DNA of 64,000 nt from Bdellovibrionales bacterium (GCA_964230645.1 CAXRHT010000001.1:448001-512000); one strand, 5' to 3'; counted from the first letter of the stretch, positions 1-10,685 are shown. Notes: generated from the sequence alone by a model not told the origin. Numbers and translations: made by a program.

Positions 1-377
<377 letters not shown>

Positions 378-509
378 TTAACCACCCACCTTACCACTTT
401 CTGCACGGCCTTGTAGGTCAGAAGTGCAAATCCATGCATTCTGACGCAAACCATTAAAAACAATCAGGAAAAGCGTGAATAAAGGGGTCCAGTCGGCCTA
501 TTTTTTAGC

Positions 510-536
510 TAAATAATTAACCAGATATTCCGATAA
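510..536 (+). promoter_or_regulatory. Sigma28 (FliA)-like promoter
   Basis: TAAA-N15-TCCGATAA, against the consensus TAAA-N15-GCCGATAA, ending 14 nt before the ORF at 551. Confidence 0.7.
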
Positions 537-550
537 CTTACAGGACTGAG

Positions 551-2152
551 GTGATTGTGATTTTTCGGCTTGTTCTACTAATTTTTATTGGTCTTATGAC
601 GACAATTGCAAAAGGAGAGGTCACCTCTCCTGAAGAAGGTTTTGCTGAGATTTCAGAAGATCACAATCAGAGCTGTTCTGAAATCGAAGTCGATCTTCAG
701 AATGACATTTTAGAGAGTTTAGAGACTACTAGAAACCGCATTGAGTCTCTTGTGGAATGCACGTCTAATTCCATAACCCCATCCTGGCAAAGGCAATGCC
801 AAGAAATCCAAAACGCAACAAACCAAGTCATTGAAACGGCCGTCGAGCACCGTGAGCAGGTGTCTAATTTTTTTAATGGACTTTATCTTTCGTGGTACCG
901 ACAGCTTGATCCTGCAGGTCAACATCGCGCTCGGATGTGTTTTCACAGCGATGAACAGTCCATCGAGCCCACTGCAGAAACGGCTCCTGTGGAGCCCTTT
1001 CTCACCGCTAATCAATTTAGAATCAATGAAGTCGCTCCAAGTGCGCTTTGCCGCCGATTCAATCTTGATAACTTCATCCCCTACACATACGCCGGTTTCA
1101 ATGCCTACCGTGAAGCCTCCGAGTACCCTGAAGGAGGCGAAGAGTTTCAACAACTGCTTCGATTTCGGCGCTCTCCATTAGGAAAAGCCCTCGGGGCTGA
1201 TTTTGGCATTCATGCGCAACAGGGACGGGAAGAACTCACCGCCACTTTGCATTCCAAACTGGATCAATCCCTTCGTCAGATCGACCGCCTTAAAAGGAGG
1301 ATTGGGCAATGGGGAAACTCGAGAAGGTTCAACGTTTATCAATTTGATTCCCACTTCCAAGCCTACCTCAATCAGCAGCCCCCGGAACAAAGACAGAATA
1401 TTCAAGCCTGTCGAGACTCCAGCACCTGGGCTAGATCATGCCTAGGAAGTTCTGAGTCCGTTCGTTCATCCACTTGGGGAGAATGTGCTTTTCGAACGGG
1501 AGGCGTTTTGGCTGACTTCCTTCCTGTTATTGGAATGATTGATTCAGTGATAGCTTATCGAGACGCTCAAGGAGCCTACGCTGGGAATTTAGTTTCAGCC
1601 CAGGAGCATCAACGGCAGATTCAAGAGTCCTCTTTTAATTTTCTACTTTCCCTTCCAATCACTGGAGCCACAACCGCTGCCACATCAGGCATCCGAATGG
1701 GAGGTGTTCTTGGTAGAGGAGCTCTTGCAAATCTTCGCCCTGATCTTTCCACTGGACGCTTAATATTTATTCGGGGAAATGCGCAGCGAGCTGGAGATGT
1801 GATCCCCAATGAGCAAGTCGCTCTTAGTAGAGGTCAGAGTTATACAGTGGTGCAAACGAGAGAGGGTGAATTGGTGATTGGTGAGAATATCCCCTCTCTT
1901 TACGACGACACCATCGGAGGAGCTGGCTCCCATGTCACACTGAGTGATTTTGCAAACATCGAAGGCTATAGCTATATCAACCCCGGTGCCATTCGCGTAA
2001 ATCGAAATGGATCTATTGATATCAGCGGGAGAGCGAATCAAGGAGACAGCCTTCAACGCGCCAACAGAATTCGAGCGCTTGTGGAGGAACTGTTCCCAGG
2101 CGCATCTCTTCGAGTCACACCCGGGCGCCTTAGCGATTTCCCGCCTCCCTAA
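551..2152 (+). CDS. Secreted hypothetical protein, possible toxin/effector architecture
   Basis: 533-aa ORF with an N-terminal hydrophobic signal, a helical Cys-containing middle, a 'LADFLPVIGMIDSV' segment and a compact ~130-aa C-terminal domain containing a His (GSHVTL). Confidence 0.75.
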   Translation: MIVIFRLVLLIFIGLMTTIAKGEVTSPEEGFAEISEDHNQSCSEIEVDLQNDILESLETTRNRIESLVECTSNSITPSWQRQCQEIQNATNQVIETAVEHREQVSNFFNGLYLSWYRQLDPAGQHRARMCFHSDEQSIEPTAETAPVEPFLTANQFRINEVAPSALCRRFNLDNFIPYTYAGFNAYREASEYPEGGEEFQQLLRFRRSPLGKALGADFGIHAQQGREELTATLHSKLDQSLRQIDRLKRRIGQWGNSRRFNVYQFDSHFQAYLNQQPPEQRQNIQACRDSSTWARSCLGSSESVRSSTWGECAFRTGGVLADFLPVIGMIDSVIAYRDAQGAYAGNLVSAQEHQRQIQESSFNFLLSLPITGATTAATSGIRMGGVLGRGALANLRPDLSTGRLIFIRGNAQRAGDVIPNEQVALSRGQSYTVVQTREGELVIGENIPSLYDDTIGGAGSHVTLSDFANIEGYSYINPGAIRVNRNGSIDISGRANQGDSLQRANRIRALVEELFPGASLRVTPGRLSDFPPP

Positions 2153-2154
2153 GG

Positions 2155-2190
2155 CAAAAAAAAAAGCCAGAGGTCCCAACCTCTGGCTTC
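2155..2190 (-). terminator. Rho-independent terminator of carD
   Basis: AGCCAGAGG...CCTCTGGCT stem preceded by an A-run on +, giving a U-tail on the minus strand. Confidence 0.8.
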
Positions 2191-2218
2191 GATTCCCATA
2201 ACCCTTCGTCCTTAAGAC

Positions 2219-2737
2219 TTAAGCTTCTTCTGCTTCCACTCCAAAAATAGCTTTCACTTCATCTCGCTCAAGTTCTTTTTTAGTCGTTGCTAAGGAAAGT
2301 TCTGTAATCAAAAGATTGCGAGCTGTGTCTAGCATCTTACGCTCTCCAAAACTAAGTTCCTTATCCACTTTTAATAAAAATAAATCTCTAAGTACTTCCG
2401 CGATTTCGTAGACTGATCCCGTTTTGATTTTCTCCATATACTCGCGGTATCGACGGTTCCAAGTTTGGTTGTCGATTTTCACATCTTTTTCTTGAAGAAT
2501 GTTAAGAACCTTGGAGGCCTCTGTTTTCGATATGATCGGACGTAGCCCCACATTTTTAGCATTGTTTTTAGGGACCAAAATTTTCATTCCTGTTTCCAGA
2601 ATTTTGATCGAATAAAACACTTGCTTACAACCCATCATTTCTTTTTGCTCAACAGCTACGACTTCACCTACACCGTGGCCAGGATAAACAGCGTTGTCTC
2701 CAACCTTAAAAACATCATCCTTTACTTCTTCGCCCAT
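2219..2737 (-). CDS. carD: CarD/CdnL family RNA-polymerase-binding regulator
   Basis: FKVGDNAVYPGHGVG...WNRRYREYMEKIKTGSVYEIAEVLRDL...LSFGERKMLDTAR. Start placed at ATG 2737 because GGAGGA lies just upstream. Confidence 0.93.
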   Translation of the reverse strand: MGEEVKDDVFKVGDNAVYPGHGVGEVVAVEQKEMMGCKQVFYSIKILETGMKILVPKNNAKNVGLRPIISKTEASKVLNILQEKDVKIDNQTWNRRYREYMEKIKTGSVYEIAEVLRDLFLLKVDKELSFGERKMLDTARNLLITELSLATTKKELERDEVKAIFGVEAEEA

Positions 2738-2985
2738 TGATCCTCCATTCATCGAGGAACTTTATAACACTTATGACACACTTGGGCAATAGCGAAAGTG
2801 ACGATTTTTGTTTTTCCCAAAAAGCAAAAACTGTAAAGATTTCAGCGGTGTACAGAGTTTTGTCAAAGTCGCACCTGTACTCTTGTTTAAATGGAGAAGG
2901 ACGAAAACTATGTTGGCATTTTAGTTTTTACATGGGGGTGAAAGAATGAAAAACTATTAAACGCTCCTGTAAAAAGGTAAAAACC

Positions 2986-5073
2986 TCATCCGATCATCTC
3001 TTTATTTTCGAAGATTTCTTGGCGTAAAAATTGGTGCTGTTTCTGGCTTAGCTCTGGGTCTTTTTGCAAAACTTCAAAGGCAGCTTGCCTTGCTCTTTTC
3101 AGTAGGGGGAGATCTCTCACAAGATTGGCCATTCGAAATCCAGGGAGCCCCGATTGTCTGGCGCCGAGAAATTCTCCTGGCCCCCTGATCTCAAGATCCG
3201 CTTCTGAAATTTTAAAGCCATCAGCCGTGTGCTCCATCAATTGAATCCGCTCTCGCGACTCTTGTGATACGGCATGCCCCAGTGAGAGTACGCAATAACT
3301 CTTGTGACTGCCTCGCCCTACTCGCCCACGCAATTGGTGAAGTTGCGATAATCCAAATCGCTCGGCATGCTCAATCCAAATAAGATTGGCGTTTGGAACA
3401 TCCACTCCCACTTCAATCACCGTGGTTGATACCAAAATATCGAAATCTTGGTCGCGAAATTTTCTCATCACCTGATCTTTTTCATCACTTTTCATCTTGC
3501 CGTGGATAAGGCCAATCTTTAGATCAGGGAGTTCTTTTTTTAAACGCTCGTACTCATCAGTGGCGTTGGAGAGATCCATCTTTTCACTCTCTTCCACCAG
3601 CGGATAGACGATGTAAGCTTGCCGGCCTTTTTTTATTTGATCGCGAACAAAACCCACCACCTTTTCTCTTTTACTCTGATAGGTCATACGAGTCACAATA
3701 GGCTGACGCCCTTTTGGCATTTCATTGATAATAGAAACATCAAGATCACCGTAGACAGTCATAGCAAGGCTGCGAGGAATGGGTGTGGCCGTCATCAAAA
3801 GAAAGTGAGGACTTTTGCCTTTTTGTTTAAGCTTTTTTCTTTGCTCAACACCGAATCGATGTTGTTCGTCCACTATAACGAGTCCAAGATTTTTAAAATT
3901 TACGTTTTCTTGGATCAGAGCATGTGTCCCCACGACGAGATCATACTCACCACTGGCAATCTTTTCTTCGACAAGCTTTTTCTCGCTCCCCTTCATTTGC
4001 CCGGTGATAAAACCCACACGGATACCAAGAGGTTCAAGAAGTTTTGTGGCTCCCTTAAAATGCTGGCCTGCTAAAATTTCTGTTGGAACCATAAGAGCGG
4101 CTTGAAAGCCGTTATCTATTGCAACGAGAGAAGATAATAACGCCACCAAAGTTTTACCACTCCCCACATCTCCTTGTACCATTCGATGCATGGGAGAGGG
4201 TTTAGCAAGATCTTCTTTGATTTCATCAAAAGCCAATGATTGAGCTTTGGTAAGCTCAAACGGAAGAGAGTTCTTTAACTCCTGAGTTTTCTGACCTCTT
4301 TCTTTTAAGGCTGGAGCCTGTTCTTTTTTTAAGCCTTGCTTTTTAGCGGCCAACAAAAGTTCCAACCAAAAGAATTCCTCAAAAATAATTCTCTGATGAA
4401 ACGGGGATTTGTAATCAAGAAAGTCTCTACCCGAACCCTTAGGCGGAGAATGAATGGCCACCAGTGTTTCTTTTAGCGGGGCCAAGTCGTATTTTTCAAT
4501 CAACCAAGAAGGAAGTTTCTCGTCGTAGCCACCCACCTCGTCATTCTTTAACAACTCTGTGGCACTAGAAACAATTTTTCTCCAACGTGTTGTGCTTAAG
4601 CCTTCCGTCTCCGAGTAAATTGGAATCAACTCATCCTTATTGGCTTCAGCATCAGGTTTGATATCCTGAATGTCGGGATGGTGAAACTCCACACGTCCGC
4701 GATAATGGGTGACCTTTCCAATCACTCGAACCTGTTGTCTGGGTTCAAAGCGCTCAAAATAACCTCGATAAGGCACACGAAAAAATTTGCAGTGAATAAC
4801 GCCCGAACCATCTCGAACAGTGACATCATAGATTTTTCTTTTAGAACGGCCAAGGCTATAGGAACTCACGTTGGTGACTTCGGCTTTAATGCTGACTGTT
4901 TCTCCCACTTGCAGGGAGGCAATATTACGAGCGGCTCGACGATCCTCATAAGTGCGAGGATAATTTTGAATCAGATCCTCAAAAGTGTGGATTCCCTTTT
5001 TTTTAAGAAGAGTGCCAAGCTTTGGTCCAACTCCCTTAAGATATTGTATTGGCGTATCAAAATAGAGCCCCAT
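2986..5073 (-). CDS. recG: ATP-dependent DNA helicase RecG
   Basis: LKGVGPK N-terminus, OB/wedge domain, QGDVGSGKT (Walker A), DEQHRFG, MTATPIPR, QLRGRVGRG, DLEIRGPGEFLGARQSG. Confidence 0.97.
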   Translation of the reverse strand: MGLYFDTPIQYLKGVGPKLGTLLKKKGIHTFEDLIQNYPRTYEDRRAARNIASLQVGETVSIKAEVTNVSSYSLGRSKRKIYDVTVRDGSGVIHCKFFRVPYRGYFERFEPRQQVRVIGKVTHYRGRVEFHHPDIQDIKPDAEANKDELIPIYSETEGLSTTRWRKIVSSATELLKNDEVGGYDEKLPSWLIEKYDLAPLKETLVAIHSPPKGSGRDFLDYKSPFHQRIIFEEFFWLELLLAAKKQGLKKEQAPALKERGQKTQELKNSLPFELTKAQSLAFDEIKEDLAKPSPMHRMVQGDVGSGKTLVALLSSLVAIDNGFQAALMVPTEILAGQHFKGATKLLEPLGIRVGFITGQMKGSEKKLVEEKIASGEYDLVVGTHALIQENVNFKNLGLVIVDEQHRFGVEQRKKLKQKGKSPHFLLMTATPIPRSLAMTVYGDLDVSIINEMPKGRQPIVTRMTYQSKREKVVGFVRDQIKKGRQAYIVYPLVEESEKMDLSNATDEYERLKKELPDLKIGLIHGKMKSDEKDQVMRKFRDQDFDILVSTTVIEVGVDVPNANLIWIEHAERFGLSQLHQLRGRVGRGSHKSYCVLSLGHAVSQESRERIQLMEHTADGFKISEADLEIRGPGEFLGARQSGLPGFRMANLVRDLPLLKRARQAAFEVLQKDPELSQKQHQFLRQEIFENKEMIG

Positions 5074-5261
5074 AACTCCCCTTGTCGGACCGAAATTTTA
5101 TGTAATCCCTAGAGGGAAGTCAAAAAGAGAGGATCTCTTCCCTGGAAAAGCTTGGGAATAGAATAAAAAGGCAGCACTATTTTCAAAAGACTGGACTCTA
5201 ACCTCCTGCACCACAGAAAAGCTTCCCTTGAATCTATGGCTGGTCGTGGCAAAATTTTAGG

Positions 5262-6182
5262 ATGAACTCCGATTACTTCAATGTTCGAGTGGGATGTCTC
5301 ACACCTGAAATGGCACTGCCTTTTGACATTTATGTTCAAATTCAAAATCGCCATGTCCATTACCTTCGCGCTGGCGATTCTTTGAAAACAGAAAAAATAG
5401 CAAAAATTGGAGAATCCAGCCGCTTTTACATCCCTAGCTCCCAAAGACAAATTTTCAAAGATTTTATTCACAGACAGCTTGAAGACGAAGACATTGAGGC
5501 TAAAACCAAAGCCGAAATATTGCGGGAAAGCTCACTATCATTGGTCGAAGAAATTTATGAAAACCCTGATGTGGGTGCCGCTCTTGAAGACTCAAAAAAA
5601 ATTATCCATGAGTTCGTTCGTTTTATGGAACAAGAGCCCGAAGGCATGGATCACCTGATTAGTCTCTCGACTCATGATTTCTACACCTACAATCACTCAC
5701 TCGATGTCGGAGTCTATGCTCTTGGAATTGGTCGCTTGGCCGGTTACTCTCAAGAAGAGCTTGAAGAATTAGGGCGAGGCGCTCTTTTTCACGATATTGG
5801 TAAAAAATGGGTCGACGTGGATATCATTTGCAAAAAAGGGGCCCTCGATGACGTCGAATGGGCGCAAATGAAAAAGCATCCCGAATTTGGTTTGCAAATT
5901 CTTTCAGAATACGATGTCAGTGATGCGATCAAGGCTTGCTGCTTTGAGCACCACGAAAGCTTTCTTGGCAACGGCTATCCACAAGAGCTCCCCGGAGAAG
6001 ACATTCACCCAATGGCCCGCATTATTGCCATCACGGACACCTACGATGCCATGACAACACAGCGCTCTTATAACGAGCCCATGACTCCCAAAGACGCTAT
6101 CGAGTTTATGACAACGAAATTAAAAGATCGCTACGACCCGGAGCTTTTAAGAATTCTTCGAGAAGTCATGTTCAAATTGTGA
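5262..6182 (+). CDS. HD-GYP domain protein (putative c-di-GMP phosphodiesterase)
   Basis: YTYNHS, FHDIGK, HHESFLGNGYP, DTYDAMTTQRSY. Confidence 0.9.
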   Translation: MNSDYFNVRVGCLTPEMALPFDIYVQIQNRHVHYLRAGDSLKTEKIAKIGESSRFYIPSSQRQIFKDFIHRQLEDEDIEAKTKAEILRESSLSLVEEIYENPDVGAALEDSKKIIHEFVRFMEQEPEGMDHLISLSTHDFYTYNHSLDVGVYALGIGRLAGYSQEELEELGRGALFHDIGKKWVDVDIICKKGALDDVEWAQMKKHPEFGLQILSEYDVSDAIKACCFEHHESFLGNGYPQELPGEDIHPMARIIAITDTYDAMTTQRSYNEPMTPKDAIEFMTTKLKDRYDPELLRILREVMFKL

Positions 6183-6291
6183 TTTTTGACAATTTGAATT
6201 TTTGAGACTTTTTAACTTAAGAAATTCTTTGTCACTTTATTAGAGTTGTAACGAATAATCTCTAAATGCCTATGTTGCTGAAAGGAACACT

Positions 6292-6993
6292 ATGAAAAAC
6301 TGGGGGCGAATACTACTAGCCGTGGCCGTTTTAGGGCTTATCGCAAGCTTTTTCCTTTTTGACCTCGATCAGTACTTCACTTTGAAATACCTAAAAAGCC
6401 AACAAGACAATTTTGAAAACTTCTACGCCAACAATCCCGTCGTTACAATCGCCATTTATATGGCAATATATATCATCAGTGTCGCCCTCTCAGTTCCCGG
6501 TGCCGCACTTTTAACTCTTCTTGGAGGGGCGCTTTTCGGAGTGCTCGCTGGAACGATTATCGTCTCTTTTGCTAGCACCATCGGAGCGACCCTAGCCTTT
6601 TTAGCGGCGCGCTTTATCTTACGCAACTGGGTTCAGACAAAATTTAAAAACCAACTGGAAAAAGTGAATCAAGGAGTGAAGAACGAGGGAGGCTTTTATC
6701 TTTTTGTTTTAAGATTGATTCCGGCTGTGCCCTTTTTTGTGATCAATCTTGTAATGGGCCTAACTCCCATGAGAACTCTGACCTTCTTTTTTGTCAGCCA
6801 AGTGGGAATGCTTCCTGGTACCATTGTTTACGTCAATGCTGGCACTCAGCTCTCCCAAATCGATAGCTTAAAAGGAATTCTTTCCATTGAGCTTATCGCC
6901 TCATTTGCCGCCTTAGGGCTTTTCCCCTTCGTTACTAAAAAAATTATGAAAAAAGTGGTTAAGAAAAAAGGGATGGATAATGTCAAAGTATGA
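6292..6993 (+). CDS. TVP38/TMEM64 (VTT/DedA) family membrane protein
   Basis: Multi-TM protein with SVPGAALLTLLGGALFG, LRLIPAVPFFVINL and SQVGMLPGT. Confidence 0.9.
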   Translation: MKNWGRILLAVAVLGLIASFFLFDLDQYFTLKYLKSQQDNFENFYANNPVVTIAIYMAIYIISVALSVPGAALLTLLGGALFGVLAGTIIVSFASTIGATLAFLAARFILRNWVQTKFKNQLEKVNQGVKNEGGFYLFVLRLIPAVPFFVINLVMGLTPMRTLTFFFVSQVGMLPGTIVYVNAGTQLSQIDSLKGILSIELIASFAALGLFPFVTKKIMKKVVKKKGMDNVKV

Positions 6994-8419
6994 TTTCAAT
7001 ATGGTCACAATCGGAGCCGGGTCAGCCGGTCTTGTAACAGCCTATATTTGTGCAGCGACTAAAGGAAAAGTGGCTTTGATCGAAAAGCACAAAATGGGGG
7101 GTGACTGCCTGAACACGGGCTGTGTCCCCAGCAAAGCATTGATTCGTTCAGCAAAATTTATGAAAGATACCAAGCGTGCCTCAGAGCTTGGTTTTGCAAA
7201 AGTGGATGTTGAGTTTGATTTTGCGGATGTCATGCAAAGGGTTCAAAGAGTGATCAAAACCATTGAGCCTCATGACTCGGTGGAACGCTACACCGATCTT
7301 GGTGTTGACTGCTACATTGGAGAAGCAAAGATCACCTCTCCCCATACGGTTGAAGTCAATGGAGAAGTCCTCAAAACCAAAAACATTACCATTGCTACTG
7401 GGGCTCGCCCTTTCGTCCCTCCTCTTCCTGGTCGAGAAGAAGTACAACACTACACTTCTGATACGATTTGGAATCTTCGCGAAAAACCAAACCACATGGT
7501 GATTCTTGGCGCAGGACCCATTGGCTGTGAACTGAGTCAGGCCTTTTCAAGGCTTGGAATCAAAGTGACTCAGGTGGAGCGAGGCGAGCGCATCATGGAA
7601 AAAGAAGATCCTGAAATCTCTGAAATGGTTCTTAAAAAATTAAAAGAAGATGGGGTTGAAACAAAACTTCAACATGAAGTGACAGAGTTTAAAAATAAAG
7701 ACTCCGAAAAAGTTGTGGTTTGCGAACATAACGGGGAAAAAGTTGAGATTTCTTGTGACTGCATACTTGTTGCTATTGGTCGCAAACCCAATACCGAAGG
7801 TTTTGGACTCGAAGAGCTCGGAGTGGATCTTAACTCCAATGGAACGATCAAGGTGGACGATTACTTACGAACCACAAAGTACAAAAACATTTACGCCTGT
7901 GGTGATGTTGCGGGTCCTTTTCAGTTCACTCACACCGCCTCCCACCAAGCTTGGTTCTGTGCTGTTAATTCTATGGTGAAACCTTTCTGGGGTTTTAAGG
8001 CCGACTACCGCGTAATTCCTTGGTGCACATACACAGACCCCGAGGTGGCTCGTGTAGGGCTCAATGAAACTGAGGCCAAAGAAAAGGGTGTTGAATTCGA
8101 AGTCACCACCTACCCTATCGAGGGTCTCGATCGGGCCATCACTGAGGAGGCGGCCTACGGAGTTGTGAAAGTTCTTACCAAACCAGGCAAAGACGAAATT
8201 TTAGGTGTGACGATTGTAGGCCCTCATGCCGGAGACATTATTGCAGAATACGTGGCCGCAATGAAACATGGCTTCGGGATGAATAAAATACTTGGAACCA
8301 TTCATATTTACCCCACTCTGGCTGAGGCCAACAAATTTGCCGCTGGAAACTGGAAGCGCAATCAAACTTCTGATACAGCGCTGGCTTGGGGAGAACGCCT
8401 TAATCGCTGGCGTCGATGA
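6980..8419 (+). CDS. FAD-dependent pyridine nucleotide-disulfide oxidoreductase (mercuric reductase/dihydrolipoamide dehydrogenase-like)
   Basis: IGAGSAG, redox motif GGDCLNTGCVPSK, GAGPIG, C-terminal IHIYPTLAE. Lacks the C-terminal Cys-Cys of MerA. Overlaps the upstream VTT gene by 14 nt. Confidence 0.88.
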   Translation: MSKYDFNMVTIGAGSAGLVTAYICAATKGKVALIEKHKMGGDCLNTGCVPSKALIRSAKFMKDTKRASELGFAKVDVEFDFADVMQRVQRVIKTIEPHDSVERYTDLGVDCYIGEAKITSPHTVEVNGEVLKTKNITIATGARPFVPPLPGREEVQHYTSDTIWNLREKPNHMVILGAGPIGCELSQAFSRLGIKVTQVERGERIMEKEDPEISEMVLKKLKEDGVETKLQHEVTEFKNKDSEKVVVCEHNGEKVEISCDCILVAIGRKPNTEGFGLEELGVDLNSNGTIKVDDYLRTTKYKNIYACGDVAGPFQFTHTASHQAWFCAVNSMVKPFWGFKADYRVIPWCTYTDPEVARVGLNETEAKEKGVEFEVTTYPIEGLDRAITEEAAYGVVKVLTKPGKDEILGVTIVGPHAGDIIAEYVAAMKHGFGMNKILGTIHIYPTLAEANKFAAGNWKRNQTSDTALAWGERLNRWRR

Positions 8420-8422
8420 AGT

Positions 8423-9385
8423 TTAACCAAAATGATTGAATGAAGAGAACTTAAGCTCTTTTTCTTTACCCTCGTAAAGATAGGTGATTGATTTTGAGCC
8501 CGGCTTCACTTTTCCCACGAGAAAAAGAGGAGCTCCAAACTCTTTTTCAAAGTCCCTACTGAGAATGGAGGCCTTCTCAGCCTGGCAAGAAAGCAAAAGT
8601 TCATAATCCTCACCACCGCCGAGCGAAAATTTAAAAGGGTCTTCTTCTTTTAGTTCACAGTAGTTTTTAAGTTCATCAGAGTGAGGGATTTTTTCCATAA
8701 AAATTTCTATTTGCCCGGAAGGAATTCTTTTGAGGTCACTTAAAAGTCCATCTGATAAATCCATCATACCTAAAACCTCTGCACGCCCGGCCAGCCAATG
8801 AGAAACTTCTGTTAGGATCGGAGGTCTTTTGTGTTTATCGATAAGGTCATTTTGCTTGTCACCGTCTTCAAGGGCTTTAAATCCTGCAGAGGAGTCACCA
8901 AGAAAACCTGTTACAAAAAGAGTGGAAGCATCACCAAGCTTTGAGCGCCACTTGATTTGATCCTTCAGAACAAGGCCCGAAACATGAACATTTATAAAAA
9001 GTTGACTACCACTTTTTGATAAGTCTCCGCCGACGAGTTGCAAATCTTCTTTTTCTACTGTGGCATTGAATGTCTCAAAAAATCTTTTGAGCCAAGGCTC
9101 ATCGATATCTGCTGGAACCGCCATACTCAAATGACACCATCGCGCCGTGGCCCCCATAGCTAAAATATCACTAATATTTACCGCAAGGGACTTATAGGCA
9201 ACTTCCTCAGGTGTTAAATGCCTCCGGCGAAAATGGATATCTTCTACAAAATTATCGGTAGTCTGAACCAGGTAGTGAGTTTGATCAAAGTCAACGACAC
9301 TACAGTCATCTCCACGGCCCAGCACTAAAAGATCGTTTGGTGAAGGAGAGGGTACATACTTTGAAATTATATCAAATTCATCCAT
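8423..9385 (-). CDS. thiL: Thiamine-monophosphate kinase
   Basis: MDEFDII, GDDCSV, EDIHF, AVNISDILAMGA, LVGGDLS, MMDLSDGL, GGEDYELL. Confidence 0.95.
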   Translation of the reverse strand: MDEFDIISKYVPSPSPNDLLVLGRGDDCSVVDFDQTHYLVQTTDNFVEDIHFRRRHLTPEEVAYKSLAVNISDILAMGATARWCHLSMAVPADIDEPWLKRFFETFNATVEKEDLQLVGGDLSKSGSQLFINVHVSGLVLKDQIKWRSKLGDASTLFVTGFLGDSSAGFKALEDGDKQNDLIDKHKRPPILTEVSHWLAGRAEVLGMMDLSDGLLSDLKRIPSGQIEIFMEKIPHSDELKNYCELKEEDPFKFSLGGGEDYELLLSCQAEKASILSRDFEKEFGAPLFLVGKVKPGSKSITYLYEGKEKELKFSSFNHFG

Positions 9386-9545
9386 GACTCTTTCATAGCA
9401 GTTTTGACTTTAAAGGCAAGAATTACTGGGAGTCCCGACTTTTGTTCCTAAATGAGGAAAGTATCTAGATATCTAAAACTTAATTTCACTCTATTTTTGC
9501 TTTTTCCTGATCGGGATCAACTAAAATTAAAGCAATGGAGGAATT

Positions 9546-10382
9546 ATGAAAAATTACGATCATAAAACGATAAAAATTAACAGTGGATTTGAAATTCCAA
9601 AACTCGGCATGGGGACCTGGCAGATTAAAGGTTCAGAATGTGTGAACAGCGTGAAGGAAGCCATCGATATTGGTTACCGGGCGATCGATACCGCACAAGT
9701 GTATGAAAATGAAGAGGAGGTCGGCCAAGCTTTGAAAGAGTGCAGCGTCCCGCGAGAAGAGATTTGCTTAACCAGTAAAGTCTGGAGAGACAATCTTTCT
9801 AAAAAGGAAGTGATCAAGACAACCGAAGAATCCCTGAAACGTTTGAAAACAGACTATATTGACCTTATGCTCATCCACTGGCCTAACGACGATTACGATT
9901 TAAGCGCGACGATGGAAGCCTTAGCGGAACTCAAAGAGGAAAACAAACTAAAAGAGTTTGGTGTCAGCAACTTCCCGACCTCTTACCTCGAAAAAGTTCA
10001 AAATAAACAAACTAATTTTGTTTGCGATCAAGTAGAATACCATCCTTATTTGGACCAATCCCCCGTCATTAACTGGCTTACCAAACACGATAAGTTTTTA
10101 ATTGCCTATTCTCCCCTAGCCCGTGGAAAAGTCTTTAAAGATGAAAAAATCAAAAAAATAGCCAGCAAACATCAAGTCGACTGTGCCCAAGTGGTTCTAG
10201 CATGGTTGTGCCGACAGGACTCTGTTGTAGCCATTCCGAAGTCATCCTCTAGGGAGCATTTAAAATCCAATTGGGAAAGCCAAAATCTAGTGCTCGATGA
10301 TGAAGACGTACAGATGATCGATGATTTGCAAAGCCCCAACGGCCGCCTCATCGATCCCGAGTGGGCGCCCCAGTGGGACTAG
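9546..10382 (+). CDS. Aldo/keto reductase (2,5-DKG reductase-like)
   Basis: GYRAIDTAQVYENE, TSKVW, DLMLIHWP, GVSNF, QVEYHPY, AIPKSS. Confidence 0.92.
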   Translation: MKNYDHKTIKINSGFEIPKLGMGTWQIKGSECVNSVKEAIDIGYRAIDTAQVYENEEEVGQALKECSVPREEICLTSKVWRDNLSKKEVIKTTEESLKRLKTDYIDLMLIHWPNDDYDLSATMEALAELKEENKLKEFGVSNFPTSYLEKVQNKQTNFVCDQVEYHPYLDQSPVINWLTKHDKFLIAYSPLARGKVFKDEKIKKIASKHQVDCAQVVLAWLCRQDSVVAIPKSSSREHLKSNWESQNLVLDDEDVQMIDDLQSPNGRLIDPEWAPQWD

Positions 10383-10458
10383 GGCCGTTCGGGGCTCTTC
10401 TCAAAATAGAAAGGACTAGGACGACAAATAAGTCTTAATTTGAGTCTTTCTTTTTCGA

Positions 10459-10576
10459 TTTTGTGGAATGTTTTAGAAGGCTAATTTTAATATTCTAGAT
10501 TCAACCCAAACAAATACGCTCAGAACCCACCACCCCTGAGCAGCAAAACCCGGGACCCCAAACCCCGGGTTTTTTC
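10459..10576 (+). ncRNA. Putative small RNA cassette, copy 1 (conserved promoter, two C-rich-loop hairpins, terminator)
   Basis: TGTGGAATGTTTTAG-N14-TATTCT. Hairpin GCTCAG/CTGAGC (10518-10541) with loop AACCCACCACCC. Terminator AAAACCCGGG/CCCGGGTTTT with loop ACCCCAAAC and a T-run. Near-identical copy 572 bp downstream. Confidence 0.65.
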
Positions 10577-10685
10577 TTTTTAAACAAGCTCTGTTGAGGC
10601 ATGGCGCCCCTAACATAAATATTGCCACAAACTTGGTTTTGATGGAGATTGATCTGTGTGGAAGCGATGGAGTTAACAAAGCGAC

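Noticed and set aside
6961..6982. Programmed -1 frameshift fusing VTT and the reductase
   Set aside because: The A-run is not in the A_AAA_AAG phase, a fusion would need a +1 shift, and the second ORF has its own ATG and purine-rich RBS
6980..8419. Mercuric reductase merA / mer operon with the MerC-domain gene
   Set aside because: No C-terminal Cys-Cys pair, no merR/T/P, and the MerC-domain gene is 18 kb away with a different operator
10473..10679. 68-aa minus-strand ORF as a type I toxin antisense to sRNA copy 1
   Set aside because: TTG start without an RBS and no equivalent start at copy 2, where the DUF1223 gene ends. The indels between the copies are not codon-sized.
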